This document shows, in pieces, positions 52,234 to 60,623 of a DNA stretch of 64,000 nucleotides. A model generated the notes under the pieces. It searched no databases. It had not been told where the DNA came from and was given only the letters and a program-made list of their open reading frames with translations. The first letter of the stretch is position 1. Every line of letters begins with the position of its first letter. A program made the position numbers and the translations under genes. Source of the DNA: a virus (lineage: Duplodnaviria; Heunggongvirae; Uroviricota; Caudoviricetes); the IMG/VR virus record IMGVR_UViG_3300037466_001997, positions 64,001-128,000 of that record. One strand, written 5' to 3'.

Positions 52234-52674
52234 ATGGAAACAGCAGGCAGAGACAAAAAAGAAGCCTTTGACAGGCTTTCAGTTGCTCGCTTAAAAGACT
52301 TGGCACGTGCGGCCAAACTCACTGGTAATCTCGGCAATCAGTACAATTACACCTTCACAAAAGAGGGTATAAACCATATCATCGTGGAGGCAAGAGAGAT
52401 TTTCGCCACGATGGAAAAACGACTTCTTGAGTCGTTTGCCGAGCCGAATGGCGAAAAGAAAAAGGGGCGACCAAGACGAAATCGTATCCCCGAATCAGAA
52501 GCCACCACCACTGCTAATATCGCCAAGGAAATGGGTGAGGAAGCCAAGCAGGAACTGATCGCTGGCCCAATTCTCACAACCAAAGAACACCGACATGCTG
52601 ATGTCGAAATGCCATCAGATGACGACATACCGGACTTTCTGAAAAAAGATTTCCAGAAAAAGAAAGCCGTATGA
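52234..52674 (+). CDS. Hypothetical protein: helical N-domain, disordered linker, DDIPDFLKK tail
   Basis: F.RL...R......GNL.NQYNY.FT N-terminal pattern. Confidence 0.7.
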   Translation: METAGRDKKEAFDRLSVARLKDLARAAKLTGNLGNQYNYTFTKEGINHIIVEAREIFATMEKRLLESFAEPNGEKKKGRPRRNRIPESEATTTANIAKEMGEEAKQELIAGPILTTKEHRHADVEMPSDDDIPDFLKKDFQKKKAV

Positions 52675-52709
52675 GCGCATTCACTTTTCGTTAAATCCAG
52701 AGAATATCT

Positions 52710-52742
52710 AGGGTCGCCGGTTATCCCGAGCGACCCTTTTTC
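52710..52742 (+). terminator. Intrinsic terminator
   Basis: AGGGTCGC/GCGACCCT stem plus T-tract. Confidence 0.8.
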
Positions 52743-52798
52743 ATAAATACTTAATAATTCCTTACGATGTAAATCCCTCTCACTTCGAAAGTTAATAT

Positions 52799-53575
52799 TT
52801 GGTTTCATTTAAGTATATTGTAGACGGTATTAAAACTCTTACAATAGTCGGCCTAGTTGCTCTAGCAGCAACCCCATATTACCACAAATACAACGATATC
52901 ACAGTACAACAGAATTTGCAGAATGCCGTGTACATCGAAAACGGCGTTTTCAGAAAAAATCCAGAAACTGGTCAAATGGAAGCTGGTGTTCAGCTTGGCG
53001 CTGGTGTTCTGGTTAACAATCAATACGTTATCACAGTTCGACATCTTCTCAATCAGAATGAGGGTTCTGACGGGAAGAACGATTTGACGGTGGTCACCAA
53101 GGATGGTGTTCAGCATAAGGCTGTTGTCTATGGCCTACCAGACAATAACGATCTTGATTTGGTCATCCTGAAAATGGACGACACAACCGATGTGCCACTA
53201 ACAACACGGTTTTCGTGCCAGACCCCTTCGGCAGGCGAAGAAGTCTATACAATCGGTTCGCCAGAAGGTTTCGAGAACATGATCACCTATGGGCACGTCG
53301 CTATGGGAGCCATCCCATATCCGACCGAATCAAAAGACCCAGAAATCATGAAACTGATCAAAACCGATTTCCGGTACGTCATCAACATGGCATCGTTCCA
53401 TGGCAACTCTGGTGGCGCTGTCTATGGTTCTGATGGCAAGGTATTCGGCCTTGTCGATGCAATCCTGTACTGGACCGACGAATTCGGCAAACATCCGGCA
53501 CCTATTACTTATGTCATGGCACCATCCGATATGTGCGCCTTGATGAATAAATTTCACGTAACCTACAAACAGTAG
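52799..53575 (+). CDS. Membrane-anchored trypsin-like serine protease
   Basis: N-terminal TM; TVRH, DLVILK, GNSGG catalytic triad; CATAAATA late-like element upstream. Confidence 0.9.
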   Translation: MVSFKYIVDGIKTLTIVGLVALAATPYYHKYNDITVQQNLQNAVYIENGVFRKNPETGQMEAGVQLGAGVLVNNQYVITVRHLLNQNEGSDGKNDLTVVTKDGVQHKAVVYGLPDNNDLDLVILKMDDTTDVPLTTRFSCQTPSAGEEVYTIGSPEGFENMITYGHVAMGAIPYPTESKDPEIMKLIKTDFRYVINMASFHGNSGGAVYGSDGKVFGLVDAILYWTDEFGKHPAPITYVMAPSDMCALMNKFHVTYKQ

Positions 53576-53688
53576 TTGACTTTCTATCCATTCTCATTAT
53601 ATGTGGGAATGGATAGAAAAGGAATGGAACTATGAAGGAACCTCGTTTCGCCGTCGATTAAGGTACTCAACCTTAATCGGAGAAACAA

Positions 53689-54225
53689 ATGCCCAATATT
53701 ACCGTCAAGTCTCTCTACAAGACTTGGACATTCGATTCACTTGAAGACGCTGTTGTCTCTGTGGATCGAAGCTTTCCTATCGCCAATCTGAAATACGGTT
53801 GGCTGAAAGAATGGAGCCGCAGTTTTAACTTTACCTTTGGTGCTGGCGATGATGTTGTGTTCTATGACGAAATCGGCTTGCTTCCCGTCTGGCGTGTCAA
53901 GGAAGCTTTCTACAATCTTCCGGTAGATGTCCGTGATCCGCCTTATCGTGGCTACTGGCGTTGGTGGAAGTACCATCGCAAGCCGGAACACTTCCGTAAG
54001 GAGCCGGTTCCGCACACAGGGAAGCGCAGCTACGGCCACGACCGCCGTATCCGCACCTTGCACGAACTGAAAGCCGAAAAGGCTTTCGAATCAGACGAAT
54101 ACCGTCTGGAATACAGAATCAAGCATCGTACCCGCTACATTCCGGGCGACAGAGACGATCATATCACTTACGTTCCGAAATGTCACAATTGGAAAAAACA
54201 CCGGGCGCATCAGTGGAAGGGTTGA
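53689..54225 (+). CDS. Conserved phage basic hypothetical protein
   Basis: R/K/W-rich C-terminus ...NWKKHRAHQWK. Confidence 0.65.
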   Translation: MPNITVKSLYKTWTFDSLEDAVVSVDRSFPIANLKYGWLKEWSRSFNFTFGAGDDVVFYDEIGLLPVWRVKEAFYNLPVDVRDPPYRGYWRWWKYHRKPEHFRKEPVPHTGKRSYGHDRRIRTLHELKAEKAFESDEYRLEYRIKHRTRYIPGDRDDHITYVPKCHNWKKHRAHQWKG

Positions 54226-54446
54226 CTGTGGACGGCGGAAATGCGACAAGAGCTAGCTTTGTTCTGGAGTCCCTTCTCGACAGAGTGGCGGTTGGGCCGA
54301 AGCCCCCCGAAGCCCAACCGCCTTTACAATCTGGTATGCAAGCGCTTGGACGATTGAGCCGTGACCTAGTGGCTCTTTATAACGTCGCAAAGCAGAGAGG
54401 GTGTGTCACCACCTTCGACCGGGTTCGCTCCGGTCACTTCCCATGA
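54180..54446 (+). CDS. Hypothetical protein (true start probably ~54222)
   Basis: ORF coupled in operon. Confidence 0.4.
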   Translation: MSQLEKTPGASVEGLTVDGGNATRASFVLESLLDRVAVGPKPPEAQPPLQSGMQALGRLSRDLVALYNVAKQRGCVTTFDRVRSGHFP

Positions 54447-54652
54447 AAATTTTTTCCCGAATCAAAGACTGGTGGCGCTGGCGCAATCGTCGGCATTTGC
54501 ATCCGTGTGACGTTTGCTACAAGATGATGTATGCGAACGGCTATGGCATATGTGATTCATGCGTGGATGCATTTTACTCGGATGATGATGCTATCCTAAA
54601 AATTCGTATAGAATTGGCCAAAATGGGCGAAAAAGACGGTTGCTTTTACTAG
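54443..54652 (+). CDS. Small CxxC...CxxC protein
   Basis: Start refined to MKIFSRIK; CDVC...CDSC. Confidence 0.55.
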   Translation: MKIFSRIKDWWRWRNRRHLHPCDVCYKMMYANGYGICDSCVDAFYSDDDAILKIRIELAKMGEKDGCFY

Positions 54653-54810
54653 AGTATTGTGTTACCAGAAAATAACCCCAGTATTCCTGAAACGATAGGG
54701 AATACACCACGGTCAATTGGTTAAGGATGGTCTGCCCGGCCACCAGAGATTTCTGATTGATTTGTGTAGGGTTTAAAAAAGGCCGGGCATTTCCATTATA
54801 GGATCATTTC

Positions 54811-55059
54811 ATGCAAGCTGTAAAATGCATCAGATGTGATGATGGGTGGCGACATCCGGTCGGTAATTGCGTACTGTGTGGTCGTGGACCGTCCCCATGT
54901 GCACAGGAATATCTCCCCAAAACAGAACTTGGAAAATTTTTGTCGGTTTCCATCATTCGATCACAACCGAATTTTCCCGGTCATTGGCGCATTGATTGGG
55001 ATGCAGCCGCTGTTTCTGGTGAGTATGACCATCTGATTAATATGGGGACAAAGCAATGA
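54811..55059 (+). CDS. Zinc-finger hypothetical protein
   Basis: CIRC...CVLC; AGGA RBS. Confidence 0.55.
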   Translation: MQAVKCIRCDDGWRHPVGNCVLCGRGPSPCAQEYLPKTELGKFLSVSIIRSQPNFPGHWRIDWDAAAVSGEYDHLINMGTKQ

Positions 55060-55259
55060 AATTTTCTATGCGCCACAAATTTTTCAAAGATGTGGTTGAT
55101 GAATTTGACGAAGAAACAGCACCAGATTGGTTGACGAGTAAGAATACCGTCAAAGGTTCAACCATGGATAATCGTTGGTTCTGGAATGAACATGTGCTGA
55201 CTTTGAAGGTTGGCGAGTCGGTTGAAACTGATTTCCAGACGATTACCCGGATTGGATAA
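55056..55259 (+). CDS. Hypothetical protein
   Basis: ATGA-coupled. Confidence 0.55.
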   Translation: MKFSMRHKFFKDVVDEFDEETAPDWLTSKNTVKGSTMDNRWFWNEHVLTLKVGESVETDFQTITRIG

Positions 55260-55450
55260 TGTTCAAGTTGTTCACATTTTCAAGTAGCATATCATCTGTG
55301 CCAATTGTTGATTCTGGTAGTAGTCAGTATGACTACGATTCCATGCAGCAATGCATGGAAGCCGGAACAAACGTTTCGAGCCAAGCTGGCGATGGTAGCT
55401 TAGGTATCTACTATGTTTGTGTGCCGAGCAAAAGGGCGCTAGAAAAATGA
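55259..55450 (+). CDS. Hypothetical protein
   Basis: TAATG coupling. Confidence 0.45.
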   Translation: MFKLFTFSSSISSVPIVDSGSSQYDYDSMQQCMEAGTNVSSQAGDGSLGIYYVCVPSKRALEK

Positions 55451-55662
55451 TGGATTTCGATGAAAGACAGGAAATTCGTGACTTCCTGAAAGCGGCGGCT
55501 GAAACATTTTCAAAAGATTTATGTTCCGGAACGCCAATTACTATTTGGGCTTTGAAATACCAAGCCAAACATAATCCGGAAGCCATACTAAAATATAAGC
55601 GTGATCAAAATGCTTGGGCACGTTCTCACTGGCTGGCAGAGCCATTTCCGGATGTAAAATGA
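55447..55662 (+). CDS. Hypothetical protein
   Basis: Start refined to MMDFDE. Confidence 0.5.
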   Translation: MMDFDERQEIRDFLKAAAETFSKDLCSGTPITIWALKYQAKHNPEAILKYKRDQNAWARSHWLAEPFPDVK

Positions 55663-55686
55663 AAAAGGGGAACCGAAGTTCCCCTT
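55662..55686. terminator. Bidirectional terminator
   Basis: AAAAAGGGGAAC-CGAA-GTTCCCCTT. Confidence 0.75.
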
Positions 55687-55690
55687 AGTC

Positions 55691-55822
55691 TTACTGTGCT
55701 GGTGTGTTGCTGTTGCCACCGGCATGGTCGCCAACGGCAGGAACGTTAACTGGACCATTGCCGCAAGCAGCAACAGAAACGCCAACGATTGCAAGCATGA
55801 TAATTGCTACGAATGTCTTCAT
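55691..55822 (-). CDS. Small lipoprotein, 43 aa (not in ORF track)
   Basis: MKTFVAIIMLAIVGVSVAAC (lipobox VAAC), GAGG RBS, TATAAATA at 55869-55876. Confidence 0.75.
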   Translation of the reverse strand: MKTFVAIIMLAIVGVSVAACGNGPVNVPAVGDHAGGNSNTPAQ

Positions 55823-55890
55823 TTGGTATACCCTCTTAATGTGTGTATGACGATTTATTCGTCTGTTCTATTTATAAAAAAAGAGTCGAT

Positions 55891-56133
55891 ATGAAATTAT
55901 ATTGTATGGTTATTCGAGCCACTGATGATCCGGACAAAGTGAAATTTTTTGTATTTGATTTCTTGCCTTCAAAAGAAACAGAACAAGAAGCTCTAGACAA
56001 GTGCGAGGAAGAATTTGGTAAAAATCTTTATGGTCATAGTTTCATCGTTGATGAAATAATTAAACGGAGTGACACTAAGGAAACCCCAAAGATAAAATTT
56101 TTTGATAGTGTTAAAACATTCAAGCGATCTTAA
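55891..56133 (+). CDS. Hypothetical protein
   Basis: Start refined to MKLYCMV. Confidence 0.5.
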   Translation: MKLYCMVIRATDDPDKVKFFVFDFLPSKETEQEALDKCEEEFGKNLYGHSFIVDEIIKRSDTKETPKIKFFDSVKTFKRS

Positions 56134-56140
56134 GACAAAT

Positions 56141-56169
56141 AAAAAGGGGAGCCGAAGCTCCCCATTTTT
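56141..56169. terminator. Terminator downstream of gp23
   Basis: AAAAAGGGGAGC-CGAA-GCTCCCCATTTTT. Confidence 0.8.
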
Positions 56170-56182
56170 GGTGTTTGGTAGA

Positions 56183-57550
56183 TTATACCAAGTTCTTTAC
56201 AACGAAGCCACGGTAGTAGCTGTTCTTCTTGTTTACGTGGATTGCGCCGTCCGCTGCCGAAGTAGCGAATGGGTGAGCAACCATGCCGTAACGTGTCTTG
56301 AAGCCAATCTTTGGCTGGAAGGTATCCTGACCAACCGCACGGTACATCTGTAGAGGTACGTATGGGCAGTAGAACATACCAGCGTCGAATGACGAAGTAC
56401 CCTTGTAACCTACAACGGCAATCTGATTGCCAGCCGATGAGTTAGCATATGGGTCGATGTATACCTTGTACTGGCCGAATAGAGTACCAGCGAAGGTGTT
56501 GCCTGTGTCGTCAACTTCAAGAGTTTCCTTCTGCATTGCCGACTGGTAGTCAAGATAGCCAGCCATACGGAAGGCAGATGCTACGTCTGACGAGCAGAGA
56601 ACGAAGTTACCCTTGCCACGACGAGTCGCCTTAGCAATCTGGTTAGCTTCACGTTCAATCTGGAACAGAAGACCCTTAAACTTTTCAACCATCCAACGAC
56701 CGTTCGAGTCAACGTCAAGGTCGTAGTAACCGGCTGTTGCAACGTTGTCCTGTGCACCGATTGTAGCGGTTGCATAGATCGAACGGATAACCTGACGGTT
56801 GATTTCGGCAAGGATTTCTGACGACAGAATGTTTGACAATTCTGTTTCAGCGTCCAGACCATGAACAGCCTTCAAGTCCTGTGCAAGTTCGTGTGAGTAT
56901 TCAGCCTTCAAAGCCTTCGATGTAGCAGTTACCGAAATCTTTTCGATGCTGAATGACATTTCTTGGAACGCATTCTTTGTGCCATCGCCAAGAGCTTCGG
57001 CAGCGTTACGTGTCATACCAGTTGCGAATGTGTATGCTGTGTTACCAGTAGTAATCAGCAATGTTGGGTCAGTACCTGTCTGAACACCTACGGCTGTCTG
57101 CGATGCTGTGTTACCAGCCGCCGAAGAAGCCCAAGTGCCATTTGGTTCATTGAACAGAGCTTCTGTACCTGTCTGGTTGCCGTAACGTGAACGTAGGGCA
57201 AAGATCAAGCCAGTTGGCAATGTCATTGGCTGAACGCCGCACAGATCGTAAGCGATCAAGTTTGGCATCGAACGGCGGATCAACGAAATCAACACAGGGT
57301 CATAAGTATCGATAGCACCATCAGATGCGTTCGATGACGAGTTACCCATTGAGTTGGTTGGTGCAGCTTCCAAAAGGTATGTCAATGACTGAGTACGGTC
57401 ACGACCAATAGTTTCGATGTTAGCCTTAAGCTGGTTTTCCAGAAGAATAGCTACAGTCGAACGACGGTGCGAGTCTCTGATCTTTGGCAAATCTTCATGG
57501 TCAAGGACTGGTGCCCATTTTTCCATTAGTGTGTTGATATCATATTCCAT
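56183..57550 (-). CDS. gp23: Major capsid protein (T4 gp23-like)
   Basis: EKWAPVL, DPVLISLIRR, GVQPMT.PTGLIFA, ALKAEYS.ELAQDLKAVHGLDAE, FYCPYVPL. Confidence 0.98.
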   Translation of the reverse strand: MEYDINTLMEKWAPVLDHEDLPKIRDSHRRSTVAILLENQLKANIETIGRDRTQSLTYLLEAAPTNSMGNSSSNASDGAIDTYDPVLISLIRRSMPNLIAYDLCGVQPMTLPTGLIFALRSRYGNQTGTEALFNEPNGTWASSAAGNTASQTAVGVQTGTDPTLLITTGNTAYTFATGMTRNAAEALGDGTKNAFQEMSFSIEKISVTATSKALKAEYSHELAQDLKAVHGLDAETELSNILSSEILAEINRQVIRSIYATATIGAQDNVATAGYYDLDVDSNGRWMVEKFKGLLFQIEREANQIAKATRRGKGNFVLCSSDVASAFRMAGYLDYQSAMQKETLEVDDTGNTFAGTLFGQYKVYIDPYANSSAGNQIAVVGYKGTSSFDAGMFYCPYVPLQMYRAVGQDTFQPKIGFKTRYGMVAHPFATSAADGAIHVNKKNSYYRGFVVKNLV

Positions 57551-57586
57551 TTTAGTTTTTTCTCCTGTAGGAATTTCTTAATTATA

Positions 57587-57594
57587 TTTATATT
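57587..57594 (-). promoter_or_regulatory. T4-type late promoter for gp23
   Basis: TATAAATA about 40 nt upstream of gp23. Confidence 0.7.
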
Positions 57595-58830
57595 TTAGCG
57601 AATCTTACGAATGTTCTTGGTGATCGACTGTGCAATGACATCACCAATTGATGTTTTTGCAGAAGCCTTGTCTTCAAGTTCTTCGGTCAGAACTACTGGT
57701 TCATCGTCGGCATCAATAGAAGTTGACTTTACGTTGTTGAAATAAGATTCTTTCAAATCTTCAATCTGTGATACAAAGTCTTCTTCTGTTTCAAAGTCGA
57801 TACCTTCGGCAAGCATACGCAGACGTTCCTTCTGATTGTCAGAAAGACCTTCCAAGTGTTCTGCTACCAACTGTTCTTTCTTTGATTCAGTAAGTTCAGC
57901 TACCAGAGCAACGTTCTTGTTGATTTCTTCGTCAAGAGAAGCTTCAAGAGCTTCAACCTTGGCTACGAGTTCTTCAACAACTTCAACCTTATCTTCTGGG
58001 ATTTCGATATAATGTTCTTCGAATAGTGTCTTCAAACCAGCCAAGAACGATTCCGCAATTTCTGTGCGAACGTTCGACTGAACCTGAACACGATTTTCTT
58101 CAAGCCATTCCGACACAACCTTGTCGAGATACGAGTCCATCTGTTCAACCATGTTGTCGATGAACTGTTCTTGTTCAGTTGCGTTTGCTTCAAGGATTTG
58201 TTCTACTGTTTCCGAAATAACTTCGTTAGCAGCGGCTACAACAGCGGTTTCGAAGATGTTCTTAACCTTTGACTTGAACGATTCTGAAAGGTCTTCCTTA
58301 CCGAATAGAGCGTCTAGGTGTTCAGCAACGTCCAAGTCTTCCTTGGTTACTTTGCGAATCTTGATGTCAACTTCACCCTTGTCATCGTCGTCGCCAGAGT
58401 CGTCGTCATCCGAGCCTGAATCATCTGGCTTCTTGATCTTGACTTCCTTACCGGCTTTGTTGTCGTCATCGTTTGCGCCGTCATCGTCATTGTCGCCATC
58501 AACTTCGTCGTTCATGTCGTCGTTGTCGTCGCCTTCACCGATGACAGAAGCCTTGTCCTTCTGCTTGTACTTCTTGTGGTTGATGTCTTTCTGATTGTCG
58601 TTCTTAGCCTTGTCGATACCAGCATCGATCTTGGCATTGTCAGCCGCAACGTTATCAACGTCGCCCGGCAGGTCTGGACCAGTCTTTTTCAAGTCCTTCT
58701 TCGCAGGAACGTTCTTACGCTTGTCAAATGTTACGTCCGGAACTTCCGATACCTTGTCATCTGACTTGAAAGCTTCTTCAAGTGCCTTTTCTTTTACTGA
58801 TTTCTTGATTGAATCCAAAATCTTCGACAT
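57595..58830 (-). CDS. gp22: Prohead core scaffold protein (gp22)
   Basis: LSESFK.KV..IFETAV, YLDKVV.EW..EN, FIEHY.EIPE, LKESYF; synteny. Confidence 0.9.
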   Translation of the reverse strand: MSKILDSIKKSVKEKALEEAFKSDDKVSEVPDVTFDKRKNVPAKKDLKKTGPDLPGDVDNVAADNAKIDAGIDKAKNDNQKDINHKKYKQKDKASVIGEGDDNDDMNDEVDGDNDDDGANDDDNKAGKEVKIKKPDDSGSDDDDSGDDDDKGEVDIKIRKVTKEDLDVAEHLDALFGKEDLSESFKSKVKNIFETAVVAAANEVISETVEQILEANATEQEQFIDNMVEQMDSYLDKVVSEWLEENRVQVQSNVRTEIAESFLAGLKTLFEEHYIEIPEDKVEVVEELVAKVEALEASLDEEINKNVALVAELTESKKEQLVAEHLEGLSDNQKERLRMLAEGIDFETEEDFVSQIEDLKESYFNNVKSTSIDADDEPVVLTEELEDKASAKTSIGDVIAQSITKNIRKIR

Positions 58831-58896
58831 GTTAATTATTTTCTCCTGAAAGAGTATATTTCTTGGTGATATTTAGCATTCTGAATATTTTAACTG

Positions 58897-59538
58897 TTAT
58901 GATTTCAAAAACTTACGGAAAGCAGCGAGGAATTGTTCTTCACGTAGTTTCTTATTGGCAACAGTCTTAATTTTTGTTACTTCTTCGTTAATCTGTTCTT
59001 GACGTTTCCACTCTAGACCGTCGAAAATCCATTCAACGTTTTCCACTAGAGATTCAACAAAACAGCCCGGTCCCGATGGTTCTGCCACGATATCAACTGT
59101 CATCAGCTTGAAGTCCGGCTGAACAATTTTCAGGCCGTTTGATTCTTTGATCGAACCAAGACCACGGCTGGAAACACCAAGGCGAATACCTTCGTCCAAG
59201 AATGTCTTGGCGATCTTGCCGCATGGGGTATCGAGAATTTTTGCTTTACCAAAAACAATATTTTCGTTCATGGTAAGCTGTGTGATGATGTGTGAAACAC
59301 GATCAAGGTTCAGGGTTGGGTTAGCAGGATGTCCAAGTTCGCCCATGGCTCTGTTTTCCGAGATAATCTGTGCGTAGCGACCTAGCTCACCTTCAAGCAC
59401 TGCCTTTGGGTACATGCGCTTATTGCCATTCAGAGTTTCAGCAACCATGAATGGGCCTTTGATAAAGTATTGCTTGACGCCGTTCTTTTCTTCGGTAAGT
59501 AGTTCGATTTCTTCGTTAAGTTCTGTAAGCAGTAGCAT
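58897..59538 (-). CDS. gp21: Prohead protease (gp21)
   Basis: N.NKRMYP, MGELGHP, GVSSRGLGS, DIVAEPS. Confidence 0.95.
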   Translation of the reverse strand: MLLLTELNEEIELLTEEKNGVKQYFIKGPFMVAETLNGNKRMYPKAVLEGELGRYAQIISENRAMGELGHPANPTLNLDRVSHIITQLTMNENIVFGKAKILDTPCGKIAKTFLDEGIRLGVSSRGLGSIKESNGLKIVQPDFKLMTVDIVAEPSGPGCFVESLVENVEWIFDGLEWKRQEQINEEVTKIKTVANKKLREEQFLAAFRKFLKS

Positions 59539-59981
59539 TAATCGTTGTACCTATAGTGTTTCTTGAAATGCCAAGTTTCCATCTTTGGCGTACCATCATC
59601 ATTTTCATCCACAGCGACATGCGCTCTGGTGCCTTTTACGTTGCCGTAACGGTAGTCTGAATGAAGGCCAGCGCTATTGCCGACTTTAATTCTGTGCTGC
59701 AATCCGTGCTTCTTTGCCCATTCGTTGTCATGACCGGAGTATTGGAACTGATGGCCGTGATCTTTTTCTGTGAATGCGCCGAGAGGCTTATGCTGTGCGT
59801 AGTCTTTGTCACTGAAAATAAAAGAACTGGTAGGCTTGTAACCTTCAATGAAAACAGATTCCGCTAGTTCTTCCGCAATGAACGGAATCACTGTCTCAAC
59901 TTTTTCTTGAAGCTGTGCCCTAACGGCGTCAAAGAATGGCGAAGGCTTGCCTTCGAATAATTTCTTGATTTCTTTTTTCAT
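59538..59981 (-). CDS. Prohead core-like protein (gp67/gp68-region)
   Basis: Position between gp20 and gp21; LFEG anchor shared with neighbours. Confidence 0.6.
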   Translation of the reverse strand: MKKEIKKLFEGKPSPFFDAVRAQLQEKVETVIPFIAEELAESVFIEGYKPTSSFIFSDKDYAQHKPLGAFTEKDHGHQFQYSGHDNEWAKKHGLQHRIKVGNSAGLHSDYRYGNVKGTRAHVAVDENDDGTPKMETWHFKKHYRYND

Positions 59982-60003
59982 TATTTCTTGATTTCTTTTT
60001 TCA

Positions 60004-60621
60004 TTATTGTTTCGTGTGCTTATCCCAAACGGTTTCTTTTGGTGTGGCTTTCTTGATCATGTCCTGCCACTTGCGCTGTGACGCTTCCTTGGAAACACGC
60101 TTCTTGTTGACTACAAATGTGGTGAATGACTTGCCGTGCTTGCCGCCATGCTTTGTGGAAATGGTGTGTGCGCCAAGGTCTTCATTCATACCCTTGTTGG
60201 TATCGACCAAACGGCATGATCCGGCACCGGCCTTGCGACCAATCTCGATTGCCTTGGCCTTGTCGTCATGGCTACCCATGACAGCGCCAGTTTCTTTGTG
60301 AACCACACGGTAACGGCCAAGCATCTTGACATCCTGCTTTTCAGCAATGATAGATTCACCCATCGTTGAAATAGCCTTTTTGTTCTTGATTCTTTCAGGC
60401 TCTTTGTTTTCGATGTTTTTTTGAATATTTTTATTGGAAACAGTTACCTTATCTTCGTCACGGTCGGCTTTCTTGCCTTCTTCGAAAACAGTATCAGCGA
60501 CTGTAGAAGCTACTGATTCAACAATGTTAGTTGCCTTGGCATCCAACTTTGTTCTGATTTCACCAAAAAACTTAGAAGGTGAGCCTTCTAGCAGACGCTT
60601 TACTGAATTCTTCATTTTCAT
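60004..60621 (-). CDS. Prohead core-like protein (gp67/gp68-region)
   Basis: LLEG anchor; shares domain with 21638..21985. Confidence 0.6.
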   Translation of the reverse strand: MKMKNSVKRLLEGSPSKFFGEIRTKLDAKATNIVESVASTVADTVFEEGKKADRDEDKVTVSNKNIQKNIENKEPERIKNKKAISTMGESIIAEKQDVKMLGRYRVVHKETGAVMGSHDDKAKAIEIGRKAGAGSCRLVDTNKGMNEDLGAHTISTKHGGKHGKSFTTFVVNKKRVSKEASQRKWQDMIKKATPKETVWDKHTKQ

Positions 60622-60623
60622 TT

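Noticed and set aside
54681-54789. Hammerhead ribozyme (GAAAC, GTC, CTGATTGA)
   Set aside because: Required stems I-III do not pair around the core nucleotides.
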